A stretch of 64,000 bases of DNA from contig CAJFCJ010000006.1 of NCBI GenBank assembly GCA_904063045.1, forward strand, positions 2,408,946 through 2,472,945, written 5' to 3'. The notes beneath the pieces are model-generated. The model was not told the DNA's origin and did not search any database. It saw nothing but the letters and a program-made list of their open reading frames with translations. This document shows positions 1 to 12,185 of this stretch, one piece after another. The stretch comes from Dimorphilus gyrociliatus. Its lineage: Eukaryota > Animalia > Annelida. The position numbers and the translations under genes were made by a program. Numbering within the stretch: the stretch's first letter is position 1; the number at the start of each line of letters is the position of its first letter.

Positions 1-1271
1 TCCTTTTGTGAACAGTTATAATTTTCAAAGCAGAAAACACTTGACGGAGTATTTCACAAACTTTCTACTATTTCTTATAAAAGTTATATCTTGCAAATGT
101 CCTTCAGCGCCTTCAATACTTTAAAAAGAAACGTGCTAGTGATCGAATTAAAGCATGAACTTTCAACGACAGATAACTTTATAAATTGATTAGAACAAAG
201 TCTGCTTTTGCATAAATGTAAAGGTAAAGGTAGAGGAAAAAATGAATCAAAACATTGCAAAAGAAGAATATCCAAGTCTAATAATACAATACTTATATGT
301 CATATTACAATTATATATGCAATTGGGAATATATTAAAGTTATATCGTTATCATATAATTATAAAAAGTTAACAATGAAACTGATAAACTTTTACTGAAC
401 TTACCTCTATGAAACTGTCATAAGGAAAGATATAAAGATTTTTCAAAAATACCGATTCAGCTGTTTTTGACTCCCTTTAACAGAGCAAATTTCCGAAAGA
501 AATTTCCAAGGGGATTAGTTTAATCTCTTAGAATATATAAACTACCCTATATGTTGGATAATAGAAAAGGGCCAATCTTAGCTCGTTAAATTCTAATGGA
601 AAATCGTTAATACGCATCTTACCTCATTGGTTTTCTCAAGGCAGAAATATAAATATAGAAAATATGTATAGACTATATAAAGTACAGTATGTAGTATCTA
701 ACGATACATAATATCAGTATAAATCTGATATTACGCGAACTTTTTATACACCTATATCACACAAAATATATAACGACATATTAATAATTTCCAACATATT
801 AGGGAGAATCGAATGAGCACTTACCTCATTTAACCATATATCCCTGGTTGTATTGTCTAATATAGCTTCAATATAGAGATATTATGATAAATATAGGCAT
901 ACAGTATCATCTTTTAATAAACGAAAGTTATAAATGTTTAAATACACATAACCATTCAGCTATTTGATAAAATCTCAATAAAAACGTTTTTTTTATTATT
1001 GCTAAAACTGGTAATTCTTTTTTTTGTAGCGATAGAAAAACTGATTTCTTGATTATTGTTTTATACTATCATTGATAAATTGATATGTATTATAATTATA
1101 TTGAATAAATGTATTAAATAAAAAAGTTAATAATGTAAAAAATATGCTTTCTTCTTGAACTATTAATATGTCATACTATTAATATTTAAATTTAAAATTT
1201 TCCTTCACATGGTAAATAAAAGTAAATAGTACTCTTCACTAATCTACTATTGGTTTAAACGTTTTTGCATT

Positions 1272-2364
1272 ATGCAATCATATTCAATCGGAGAGAATAT
1301 TTTCTCTTTTCTAACTCTAATATCTTTAGGTATAAGTTTTGAATTGTGTACTCATTTCTTTTAAATGAAGACTATCTCATTGATCTGTCTAAATAGTTTA
1401 TTCTAAAACAATTTTCATTAACGATACAACAACTACGGTTGAATTGAGATGTAATCAGGGTAAAAATTGGACTCATTTTGGAAACTATTCTATTGATTAT
1501 AAAGAACATAAGCAAGAAATTTTACAGGGCGGTAAAATCCTTAAGTTATATTTTAAAGGTGATGTTTCTACATGTTTTAGCTTTACTTTAAATAATAATA
1601 TTCTATTATCAGACAATAATTACGATAATTTGGGATTATTCCAATGCAGATCAAGTCAAGGGCTTTTATTACAGGAATACGAAATATTGACTCTATATCC
1701 ATCCATAACTATTCTAGAGAAGAACAGTTTAAACAGTTTTAGAAATTTTACAGATTTGGTATATCAAGGTGAAAATATCTCTATAAATTGTAGGGTATTC
1801 AGTAATCCTGAACCAAAGATTAAATGGTCAATGATTTCTGATATCGATGGTCGCAAAAAAGTATGTCTCCCAAATATCAATTGTAAATTATATAAAATAG
1901 GAAAATATGAGTATATTCTTGAATGGAAAATTCCGAATGTCACCCAAGATTATAGAGGAAATTATACATGTTCAAGTTGGATTGAACAAGATCCTGAAAA
2001 TATAAATCACGATTTTGTTATTGTTAGAATAAGAAAGAACTTTTTATGGGTTACCCCACTTGTATTAAATTTTGGAGCTTTAGCGCTGCTAATTGTTATT
2101 ATAAACTTTACGAAAGCGCTGCCAGATAAATCAGAAAAAGGATTTGATACAGCTTTGCTAAAGCCGACTAGAAAGTGGGAAAACCTGAAAATGATGGAAA
2201 ATGATAATATATCATCTGATTCTCAATATTCTTTTCGGTAAATATCGACTAAGTTATGTAATTTTTAGAGTCTTTTTAAAATATTCTTTTTTAGAACAAT
2301 GGAAACTTTGACAATTCCATCAAAATCCAAAACCAGTATTCAGACGTCATCCCTAGTTAATTAG
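1272..2364 (+). CDS. Ig-superfamily type I membrane protein (basigin/neuroplastin/embigin-like architecture); exons 1272-1329, 1397-2237, 2295-2364
   Basis: ATG at 1272 opens a hydrophobic leader (MQSYSIGENIFSFLTLISL). GT-AG introns 1330-1396 and 2238-2294 keep frame with ORF 1444..2241. Two Cys-paired Ig-like domains (I-set CRVFSNPEPKIKW...DYRGNYTC) precede a TM segment WVTPLVLNFGALALLIVIINF and a short tail. Confidence 0.7.
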
Positions 2365-2570
2365 CCTGTTTTCGAATTATGATGTAAATATCTACAACTT
2401 TTCTGTAAACAATTTTAGAATATAGTCACTTATATCAAGATAGTAAAGGTTTATTTTTCAAATAATTCACTGCGGTCCTGTCTCTTGGTCAATCATTGTA
2501 TAAACGTTGAGTGTTTGTTACCAATCAACAGCCTCTGCACAATATATATATATATATCTATATATATATT

Positions 2571-3338
2571 ATGCGTTCAGTGTTCAGCAATTGCAAGCGA
2601 CTGCTGACAGTGAACGGAATGCCCAAGGCAAAAACTATGATGGGAAATTCATATTCTTCCTCCAGAAAACAAACAAGTAAGATATTGTTATGTGTCCTTC
2701 AATTTTGTAATAGTTCTAGAAAATTATTTATTTTTCCTTGCAATAATTTTTTTCGTTTTACACTTTTATTAGATAACCCAGACGGGGTACTTAAGCCGGG
2801 TGAGGATCCTAAAAAATTATCACCCAATGAATGGAAAATGAGATTAAATGATGATGAAATGTACAGAATTACTAGAGAAAAAGGAACAGAAAGTGTAATT
2901 ATAATTTACCTTTAAAGCTTTGTCATAGTGAAGCATTCAACTTACTATTAAACCGATATTCTAATTCTTCACCCCTTACTCTATTTTCAATTGCAGCCTT
3001 ATGTTGGATTTTACTCTGAGAGATTTGACGAAGGAGTTTATACTTGCGCATGCTGTGGAGCAGATTTATTTGATTCAGATACAAAATACAGCTCTGGTTG
3101 CGGTTGGCCTGCTTTTTATGCCGCTAAAAATGCAAAAATTGATAAGGGAAAAATTGATGAATCGCAAGCGAATGTTGCTAGAATTCAAGACAATAGTTAT
3201 GGGAGGAAACGAGTTGAAGTTATCTGTAAAAACTGCGATGCTCATCTTGGGCATGTTTTTAGCGATGGACCTGCGGACAAAACTGGTGAAAGGTTCTGCA
3301 TCAACAGTAAATCCATGGGATTTAAACCCAAAGAATAA
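2571..3338 (+). CDS. MSRB: Methionine-R-sulfoxide reductase B (Cys type, Zn-binding); exons 2571-2676, 2773-2894, 2997-3338
   Basis: Motifs KGTE(S)P, two CxxC pairs (CACC, CKNC), GCGWPAF, HLGHVF and catalytic RFCINS. In-frame GT-AG introns 2677-2772 and 2895-2996. Confidence 0.93.
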
Positions 3339-3585
3339 ATTGTTTACAATTTTTTCTTCCCACTTGCCACAGCTTCTCATTCACCTTAACTTTTATGATG
3401 TTTATTAATACAAAAAACTGTTAAATGTCACAAAAATGATCTTCTTTCTTTTTCAAAAACTATACTAAAGCATTACTACATATACGCCATCTGTAACCCA
3501 TATGATAACTTGGTTTTACCTTAAATATTGTAGAAGGCGCTAATATCGAATTTTTAGACATTTTGTAAAATTGCGCAGGAAACAG

Positions 3586-3595
3586 CCTCTTTTTC
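3586..3595 (+). promoter_or_regulatory. 5' terminal oligopyrimidine (TOP/TCT-like) tract of RPS19
   Basis: CCTCTTTTTC is followed by a donor at 3612 and an acceptor (tttcag) immediately before the ATG at 3807. This is the typical ribosomal-protein gene layout. Confidence 0.55.
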
Positions 3596-3806
3596 GTTAT
3601 CAGCCGTGAAAGTGTGTTGATTTTATAATTTTATCATTTTTTTTAGTACCATTTAGGAAATTTACAAAATAAGTTTAATATATTTAATGACTATGTATTT
3701 ATTTAGCTCATTCACCAAAAAAATGTAGAAAAAATTGTAATTTTTCCGAGAACTGTAGCTTAACGCCAGGCGTGTGAGTGATAATATAACGTTTTACCTA
3801 TTTCAG

Positions 3807-4448
3807 ATGTCTCGGACTGGTGGAGTTACAGTTAAGGACGTCGATCAACATGATTTTGTCAAGGCTTTGGCCGCCCATCTAAAAAAGTAAATAACGTTTA
3901 TGCTATTAACGTGTGAAAAATTTAACGTTCTTTGAAGGCGTTGCTGGACGCAAGTTAAACGTGCGTCCGGTGTCAATGAGAACGGAAATAAATGTCTTTT
4001 TTTGATAAAAAAAAATAATATTTATAGCTATTTTGTTCAAGTTATAATGTTTTTTTTACTAAAATACAGGAACCAACAAATTAAACCACCAGTATGGTCT
4101 GATTTGGTCAAACTTGGACGTTTCAAAGAACTCAGTCCGACTGATGACGACTGGTATTACACTAGGTTGGCGTCGACTGCCCGTCATTTGTACATCCGAT
4201 CCCCTGCTGGAGTCGGAGCCTTTATGAAAATCTATGGTGGAAGACTAAGACGTGGAACTAGACCAAGTCACTTCTGTAGAGCTTCAGGCTCCGTCGCAAG
4301 ACACGTCTTGAAGACATTGGAGACGATTAAATACGCTGAAAAGGTGACCAGTGGTGACGGTGCCAAGGGTGGACGTCAGTTGACTAAAACAGGAAGGAAG
4401 AACTTGGATACAATTGCCTGCCAGGTTGCAAATGTCAAGAAGGCATAA
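3807..4448 (+). CDS. RPS19: 40S ribosomal protein S19 (eS19); exons 3807-3886, 4070-4448
   Basis: MSRTGGVTVKDVDQHDFVKALAAHLKK joins NQQIKPPVWSDLVKLGRFKELSP..DWYYTR..ARHLYIR..GVGAF.KIYGG..RRGTRPSHF, which are eS19 signatures. Confidence 0.97.
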
Positions 4449-4771
4449 ATGTTTATAGCGAATAAAATTCAAGTTTTTGAAGGGTGACCTACATCTAGTG
4501 TTTATCAATTTCGCGAAATAACTATTTCGGTGATAGGTTCAAACCACAAACATTCTTTAAACCATAATGTATTCGTCTCGATCTAATGCAACGCCTTACA
4601 CCAAACATAAAATCATTGACTAAGTAACTGAAGGAAAGTAAAACGTTCGACTAGTGCATTGAGATATAATTATAAACAAATGACAATAGAAATATAAGTA
4701 TATGCAATATTTATACTTATACATTTTTATATAAATGCGTGAAAAGGGGCAAAAAGCTCGATTTGTATAAA

Positions 4772-6691
4772 TCAGACATGACTGACGTGAGTTTGCAGAG
4801 AGCCCAAATCATTTCTCTCCGCTTGCAAGCAAACTCCCCTTACTGATAAAACCGAAGCGGTTTCTGGAAGGGCCTTAACACCGGGAGGTAAGGCGTCAAA
4901 GAAAGGATGGGTCAAAGCTTTAAGTGACGACAATCTCTTTGACGGATTCTGCTGAAGGCACTGTTCGGCTAACGACAGCAAATGTCGTGCCTTCACCATA
5001 CCTCTAACATGGGCCGCTAAGCCTACGGTAGGAGGCAACTTTGGAGGTTTCTTTGGCCAAAGAGGGAGCGAGGTGACTCCTGGCCAACTTGTTTCATCTG
5101 GTACCCCTAAGGCTCCCCAGATACTATGCAATTGGTCGTTAGCGTCTCTTGCCCCAGGAAAAGTTGGTCTTCCGCTAGTCATTTCAGTCAATATACAGCC
5201 AGCCCCCCACACATCTAAGGCCGCAGTATATTTGGTATCGCCCAGGAGGACGTCGGGGGGCCTGTACCAAAGAGTTACTACTTCGTGAGAGAAGGTATGA
5301 CTAGGTACACTCGTCGCTCGAGCGAGGCCAAAATCGCAAAGTTTAACTTCACCGGCTTCAGATAGGAGGACATTATGAGGTTTTAGGTCCCGATGCAAAA
5401 TTCTCCTTTGATGACAATGAGACAGTGCTCTAAGTAGTTGAAAGAACATTAATCGAATGTTGTAAATGTTCATGCCCGTTGGAGCTCTATTTTCCAAATA
5501 CAGGGATAAATCAGTGTGCAGTCGTTCAAAAACGAAGGTCAGAGAATGTTTAGTTAGCACTATATCGTGTAGAGTAACGATATTTGCGTGCTTAAGGGCC
5601 TTTAAAAGAGAGGCTTCTCTTATAGCAGTAAACGGTGCTCCTTCTTCGGCTTGCAGCTTAACTTCTTTTAAAGCTACCTGCTGACCAGTAACTTTACTAA
5701 TACCAGAGTAAACAGTAGCGTAGGAGCCTTCACCAAGGCGCTCAAGTTTTTCGTAGGCATTTCCATTCCCATAACTAGACCAACCCTCTGATCTAGGTCT
5801 CGATCGACGACTTGACCTCGTTCGTCTTCTTAATAAAACCTCCTCCTTCTGAGCTTGGAGCATATCGCCGGCGGAGTGATGCCGTCTGACGGCTGTCATT
5901 TGTTGATCATCGGGAGATGGGGCATCAACACTGTTAGCATTACCCATCTTCAAAAGCCTGGAATTGTGCCTATTAGGAGAACCATTTAATTGAAGAACTA
6001 GCATGTCATCCTTCGTGCGATCTTCCAGGGAATCTTCCCTCGAGAGAGCTGTCAAATAACATCAATTTAGACGTAGATACTGTAAAAGGAAAAAAGAATA
6101 ACAGGCGTCTAATCTCTTAGTTACAAGTGAGGATTTACTGGTGGGTTTTTTCTCTACAGCTCTTAGAGAGCATCTGCTTCCATTATATTTATTATAAAGC
6201 TAGTAAATAGAGACAAGTATTGATTACAGTTCTACCAATAAGATTTTTCAAAAGCAATCAAAATCTTAAATGGGATATTATTAATTACGACGATATCTTT
6301 TTTCAAATGTAAACGCCACCACCGAGCTTCAAAAGAATGGTAATCAATTTTAGGCCTAAATATTTATTTTACATTTTTCTTCTGTCATTCTCAAAACAAA
6401 GAGTGACGTGCCTGATTACCCTTTCCTTACTTTTTTTATTAGACTGTGCTATTTTGAAATTTCATATTTTTTTTCTAATAAGCGTATTTCTTGGTAACAA
6501 ATTAAAGAGCCATAGGAAATAAATGAGATCGGCGCGTGGGAGAAAATGAATGTCATTGATCGAGGGATTTTCTGTCGTTTCTGTAAGACTTACAAATAAA
6601 TAGGCTTATGGTTTGAGCGTGTGGCATGTATTTATGTGTGTATGTGTGCGAGTGTGAGTGTATTTACGGCTATATATACGCAATATATAAA

Positions 6692-6734
<43 letters not shown>

Positions 6735-7788
6735 CGTATGAGAGAGAGAGACTGCCAGCGTGTGCGCGATCGTCTGTGTATGCGTATTTGGCGAAAAGCA
6801 AAAAGAGGAGTAGAGAGGAAATGATGGAAACAGGAGAAAGGCAAGATTTACTTGACATTACCAGCAACATATGATGAGCTTTGGAAAATTATACAGCCAG
6901 CATAAGATGCAAATAGCATTTGTGATTCATTGGTATTCGATATCGTTAGTACACGAACTATAAAGTGTACCTTTTTTGTGTGATTGTTTTAGAGTTAATT
7001 TAAATATGAGAACGTAATGAAGAGGGAAGAAAAGATATCTTTCTTGTTTTGCGATATCTATTCTACAATATACTTAAATATCTCACAAAGAAATAAAAAC
7101 AATAAGAAGAACATTTTTGTCAATAGCGTTAATAAATCGAATAAATAAGAGAGAAGAAAAAAAGATTGAAAAATAAATTAGAATGGAATCGTTAATTGAA
7201 TTATAAGTGCTAAGTATCGAAAGCATTGCTGTTCGATCGGTCATTCCCCAAGTCCTATCTTATTGTGTATTTAAACTGGTTAAAAATTTTAAAATTAATT
7301 AGACACCGTTCTTAAGAGGATTAAGTACTTACACAATCTTCCAAACGTAGCTGATATCCTTCTCTGTAGTTTTTTTAATTTACTTAATTTCTTTCCTATG
7401 TAAATAAAAATATAAAACAATAAATTAGTAAATATTTTTAGCAAATTATATAAAATGCTCTGCGGGCTAGTAAGGCTGGTAATTATGTTGACTAAATTCT
7501 TTTTCCTTCCTATATTTACTCATTTCATTTCGTCATCAAACTTCTTATCTTTAATTCTTATATTATCAATACTCTTTTATCCATTGTTCGATACACTAAT
7601 AAGCTAATTTTGTTGCATTTTTTATTTAATTTCAGTTTAATTCCACCCGTATTGAAACCGAAACTAGGCCTATATTAATCGTAAAAATCGAACAAAGAGG
7701 GTCCTAGTAAATAGTTCATATACAAACCGGAAGACGGACGATTTTCCCTCAATCGAACGCCGTTCGAGGGTGACTCTTCCTTTTGCAT
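4772..7788 (-). CDS. CDK14: PFTAIRE cyclin-dependent kinase (CDK14/Eip63E-like); exons 7788-7728, 7395-7333, 6048-4772; alternative first coding exon 6627-6594
   Basis: Kinase motifs GEGSYATV, VALKE, EGAPFTAIREASLLK, HRDLKP, DFG, VVTLWYRPPDVLLG. Upstream phase-1 exons give MQKEESPSNGVRLRE...KLKKLQRRISATFGRL-SLSRED, resembling the N-terminus recalled for invertebrate PFTAIRE kinases. Confidence 0.92.
6695..6730. repeat. (TA)n microsatellite
   Basis: About 18 uninterrupted TA units. It is the source of the spurious YIYIYI ORFs in the track. Confidence 0.95.
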
Positions 7789-7964
7789 CGTTTAAACCAA
7801 ATATTGCCGGACTACAACCGGATTTCTAAAAAATAAGTCTGATTTCAATCACACTCTGCCGCCATCTTGCTTAATTCTGCGATATTGTTGCCATCTGTCG
7901 GTCTGTTTAAGCCGGATAGAACCGCGCATGCGCAGTAGCGTTGACGACGGTAAACAATCTAGAG
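7789..7964. promoter_or_regulatory. Bidirectional promoter between CDK14 (-) and KIF9 (+)
   Basis: The two ATGs are 177 bp apart. The interval holds a YY1-type GCCGCCATCTTG (7858-7869), a CTCF-like GTTGCCATCTGTCGG (7887-7901) and an NRF1-type GCGCATGCGC (7924-7933). Confidence 0.65.
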
Positions 7965-10900
7965 ATGAGCGCTTCTAATAATAAAGTTAAGGTTTATTTG
8001 AGGTTAAAACCAATTAGAAGTGGAGGAAAGAAAAGTTATGAAATTGTGGATGATAAGGTAAGGCTTAGCTAGTAGAATGACTTGTTAAAATTTCTCGATT
8101 AAGACTGTTCCTCTAACTAGAAAAGTTTGAAGTAGATCAAGACTACCAACTTTATTATTTTAATTAGCCTTTTCTGAAGAAAAAGATTATGTAGTTTCTG
8201 ACATACTTTTATAATTTAACCAGAAAAGATGCAACAACCTCGCATCGACCTTTATCAAATAAATATATATATATATAGCTGTTTTGCAGCGGATACACGT
8301 TCATAGATGTGGTAACGATCTTCAAAAGTCATATGTTAACAATCAAATAAGGGATTGGGAGTTTACGCTTAATGGAATCAAAGAAAATGTAAGCCAAACA
8401 GAGATTTATGATGATGTTGCTCGTCCTGTTGTATTGCAGGCCATGAAAGGCTATAATGGTTTGTGTTATCAAACAAGAGAATAAATTATCATAGCTACTT
8501 ACATACATGTCATTTTATTAGCTACTATACTAGCCTATGGTCAAACTGGAGCTGGGAAGACCTATACAATGACCGGAGCAACAGAGAGCTATAGACAAAG
8601 AGGACTGATACCACGATCTCTGTCGGAAATCTTCAAAGCTATCGATCAAAGTATTGATCAAAACACTACCATTAGGTAATATCTTTGGTACGCGTCCCAT
8701 TCTCTTTTCAATTAAGTGTATTTTTCTTCAAACTAAAGGATATCTTATGTTGAGATTTACAATGAATCCTTTTTCGATTTGCTGTCAACGGTTTCCGATG
8801 TCTCAGAATACGAACGTCAAAACCTTCACGTAACTGAAGAAGTGGATGGAAGCTGCTATATTAAAGGATTAAGTGATCATATTGTTAATAACGAAGAAGA
8901 AGCCTTAAATTTGCTTTTTGAGGGAGAAACTAATAGAGCAATCTCCTCTCATGTCCTCAACAAAAATTCGTCAAGATCCCATTGCATATTTACAATTTAT
9001 CTGCAGACTCATTCTAGAACGCAATCCGATCCTAAATATACAGTCTCAAAAATCAATTTTGTAGATCTGGCTGGTTCTGAGAGGCTTAGGAAGACTAAGG
9101 TTTGTCATATAATTTAATACATTCTAAATTTCTTCACTAGAAATATTGCTTTTAAATCAATAATAGTCGGAAGGAAGAACTCAAACTGAAGCTGTCTATA
9201 TCAACAAATCGCTAACTTTCTTGGAGCAGACAGTTCTTTCATTGGCTGACAAAAAAACTCATATTCCGTATAGACAATCTAAATTAACGCACTGTCTAAA
9301 AGATTCTTTGGGAGGCAATTCGAATACAGTTATGATCGGGAATGTTTGGTCTGAAGAGGAGCACATAGAAGAAACAGTAAATAATTAAAATTTGATTTTC
9401 CATGAGCTTAAGTGAAAAATTCTTCCCATTTAGATTTCAACTATTAGATTCGCCACTAGAATGATGAAAGTCCACACCGTACCGGTCAGAAGGGAACACG
9501 AAGACCCAACGGTAAACATCAAATATCCCTAATTGTAGCGTTACATTTAAAATAGACTTTTAAATTGATTAATAGTCGAGTTAATCAGATTAATAAACTT
9601 GTCTTTTCATAGAAATTGGTTAAACAAATGAAAACTGAAATAGAACATTTGAAAAGGGAATTGGCTATGCACGATACTTTGGTTAGTATGAAATGTTATA
9701 TTAACAAAAACATAAACAGATTATCTTTATATTATAATCTCAATTAATCAAATAGAATATGCAAGAGGTAAAAAAATAATATATTTGGACTTTAATGTCG
9801 GAGCATGCATTTAATGTAAAATATATATTATATATACAGTATATATAAGAATATATACAATATATATAAGAATGTATTATTTGTAAGAGAATGTCATATT
9901 GTTTATCGTCTTTAACTTGTAAAAAAAATATCACTATTAAAGAACTGGATCACAAATCAGCATCTTTTTCAACTTTAGCCGTCACAATATCAACGTTAAC
10001 TAAGATCGCATGCGTGTTCAATTAAATCACTAGTACGCATGTAAAAAAAATAACCTAATTAGTTTCTCTCACAATTGAAATTAATTCAATATTGGAAAGA
10101 AAAAAACGGAGAAACAATCACAAATGCGTTCTCAATTTCTTTAAAATGCCAACTGTATCATCTTAAATAATTTAATATTTTCCTCAATAGGTTAACAGGA
10201 GTCATGTGACGTACGAAAATCTCTCTGAGCAACAAAGAGGAGAAATAAGGGAGCAAGTTAAAAACTTTTTATCAGATCCCCAGTGCGAAATTGACGTAAG
10301 AATTTACTTAAGTCTATATCTAATATGTAAAATAAAAACAACTTGTCCTTCGCAAGCGGAAAATACTGCAAAATTCCATATTTATTGATTAAATTTTTAC
10401 AGATCGTAAATATAAGGCAAATTAAGGGTGTGTTTGAAACGTTTCGAGACATATATGGGTTAGTTCCTTTTACGACTAATGAAGTCTTTTTACTTTGAAT
10501 ATCACACCTAATTTTTTTATAGAATCATGTCATCCGAAATTGAAAAGAACGTTGAAGATAAGTTTCGATCACGCTACACCCTACTTGACAAACAAGACGC
10601 CGCTGCTATCGCTCAAGCTCAGCAGGCTGGCGTACCGGTAATTTTCTTATTTCCTCAATATTGTTATTTCTCTCCTTATCCGACAATGTAAGATAAATGC
10701 AATTTAAACAGATTGATGACAACGGGGACTATCTGGTCGGTGAGACTGATGGATCTGGTTACGGCATACCAGGTGCAAGTGGTAAGCCTGTTCCTTCCAG
10801 TGCAGTCAATGCGAAGAAGAAGGAATCCAAAAAAAAAGAAAAACGTTCTAGGTAAATATCGGGATACATAGTTTAATTAAGAGAATAATAGAGATTGACA

Positions 10901-12185
10901 TTTTACACTAGATATTAAACATGCACTAAGAGTTATATAAACATTTATCAATACCATAATATTATTGGCAGTCTTTTGGACGGGGACACAGAATTAGAGA
11001 AATATTTTATTATACAACATAGAGTAGGTAAATGTCTGGAGTCCTCAAGAAAAGAGTATGTCTAAATAGGTTTAAGGCTTTAGCTATAAAATAGGTTATG
11101 TATAACTATTCAATCAAATAACCGAATATATATTTTTTCAGTCCGACTACTAAGGGCCAACAGAGTCCCGAAACAAAGGGTAGAACTACTGAACAAACAC
11201 CATCTCCGGATAAGCAACCGAAAACATCATCGATTGCTCCTCCTCCTGAACAAGAAAAAAAAGAACAGGAGCCTTCCCAAAATACCCCAGTTGAGAAACC
11301 TAGCACCCCTCCTCCCCGAAGCGAAGCTTTTGAAGAATTTAAAAAGGGATTGGGTAGTGAAATCAACAGAATTCTTAGTGAAAATAAAGATATATTGGGA
11401 GCAAAGAAGAGAGCTTACACAACATTAGCTCGCCAGATTAACCTTACAAAATCAGAAATTGATAGCACTAAGTGTAAGTTGAATGACATGAGAGATGAAA
11501 GAGAAAGTCTTGGAAATCAAGTAGATCAAAATGGAGCACCTATTATATCAGAAGAAGAGTATAATGAGCTAAATAGACTTAAAGGGCTGAAAAATTCGTA
11601 CAAGACTGATTTTGAAGAACTAAAGAACCTGAAAACTGAAGTAGCTTATTGCCAGAAACAAGTTGATTTATGCAGACAAAAACTTATCCAGGGTCAGTAG
11701 CAAAACGTTGATAATTAACTGTATAATTAATGTTCTATGTTATCAGAATTTGATAATTGGTATGCCGAAAGTTTCCTACAACCTCAGGAAGATGTTAGCA
11801 GCGCCAAGGCAGGATTTGGCGCCAAAGTTGGAATACAAGCAAAAAAAGACGCTGAGGACGAACAAGAAAAATTTGATAGGTTACAGAAAGAAGTGCTCAT
11901 GAATGATCCTAATTCTGCGGCCTTTTATAATGCCAAAATGAGAGTAAATAGAAGGGTAAGTTTACTATTTTTCTGATAAATACCATACCACTTTCTCTGT
12001 TTAGTATATCATAAAAGAGATATTTAAGTATCAGCTATTGATAACATTTCCATGTTTATCTGGAACTTATTTCTCGTCAGAAAATCTACACTAGCGCGTC
12101 CAGTCAAGTTCAACAGCAAAAACCTGGAACACCTGTCAAGTATATAAGAAACAAGCCTCCAAATTTACTTCAAGTCCAGTATTGA
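7965..12185 (+). CDS. KIF9: Kinesin-9 family motor KIF9 (multi-exon, roughly 15 exons)
   Basis: P-loop [51 protein letters not shown]. The KIF9-type N-terminus ([10 protein letters not shown]) and C-terminal AFYNAK are present. Last exon 12081-12185 ends in TGA. Confidence 0.92.

Noticed and set aside
2991-3338. Possible selenocysteine MsrB or SECIS element
   Set aside because: The catalytic position is TGC (RFCINS), there is no in-frame TGA, and no SECIS was seen in the 3'UTR. The hairpin at 3926 is intronic in RPS19 and lacks a proper SECIS core geometry.
3700-3790. Hairpin candidate in the RPS19 5'UTR intron
   Set aside because: The stems are mostly A/T runs and the arms are asymmetric, with no clear boxes.
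6621-6874. Four overlapping ORFs with YIYIYI runs
   Set aside because: They are translations of the (TA)n microsatellite inside the CDK14 intron and are not protein-like.
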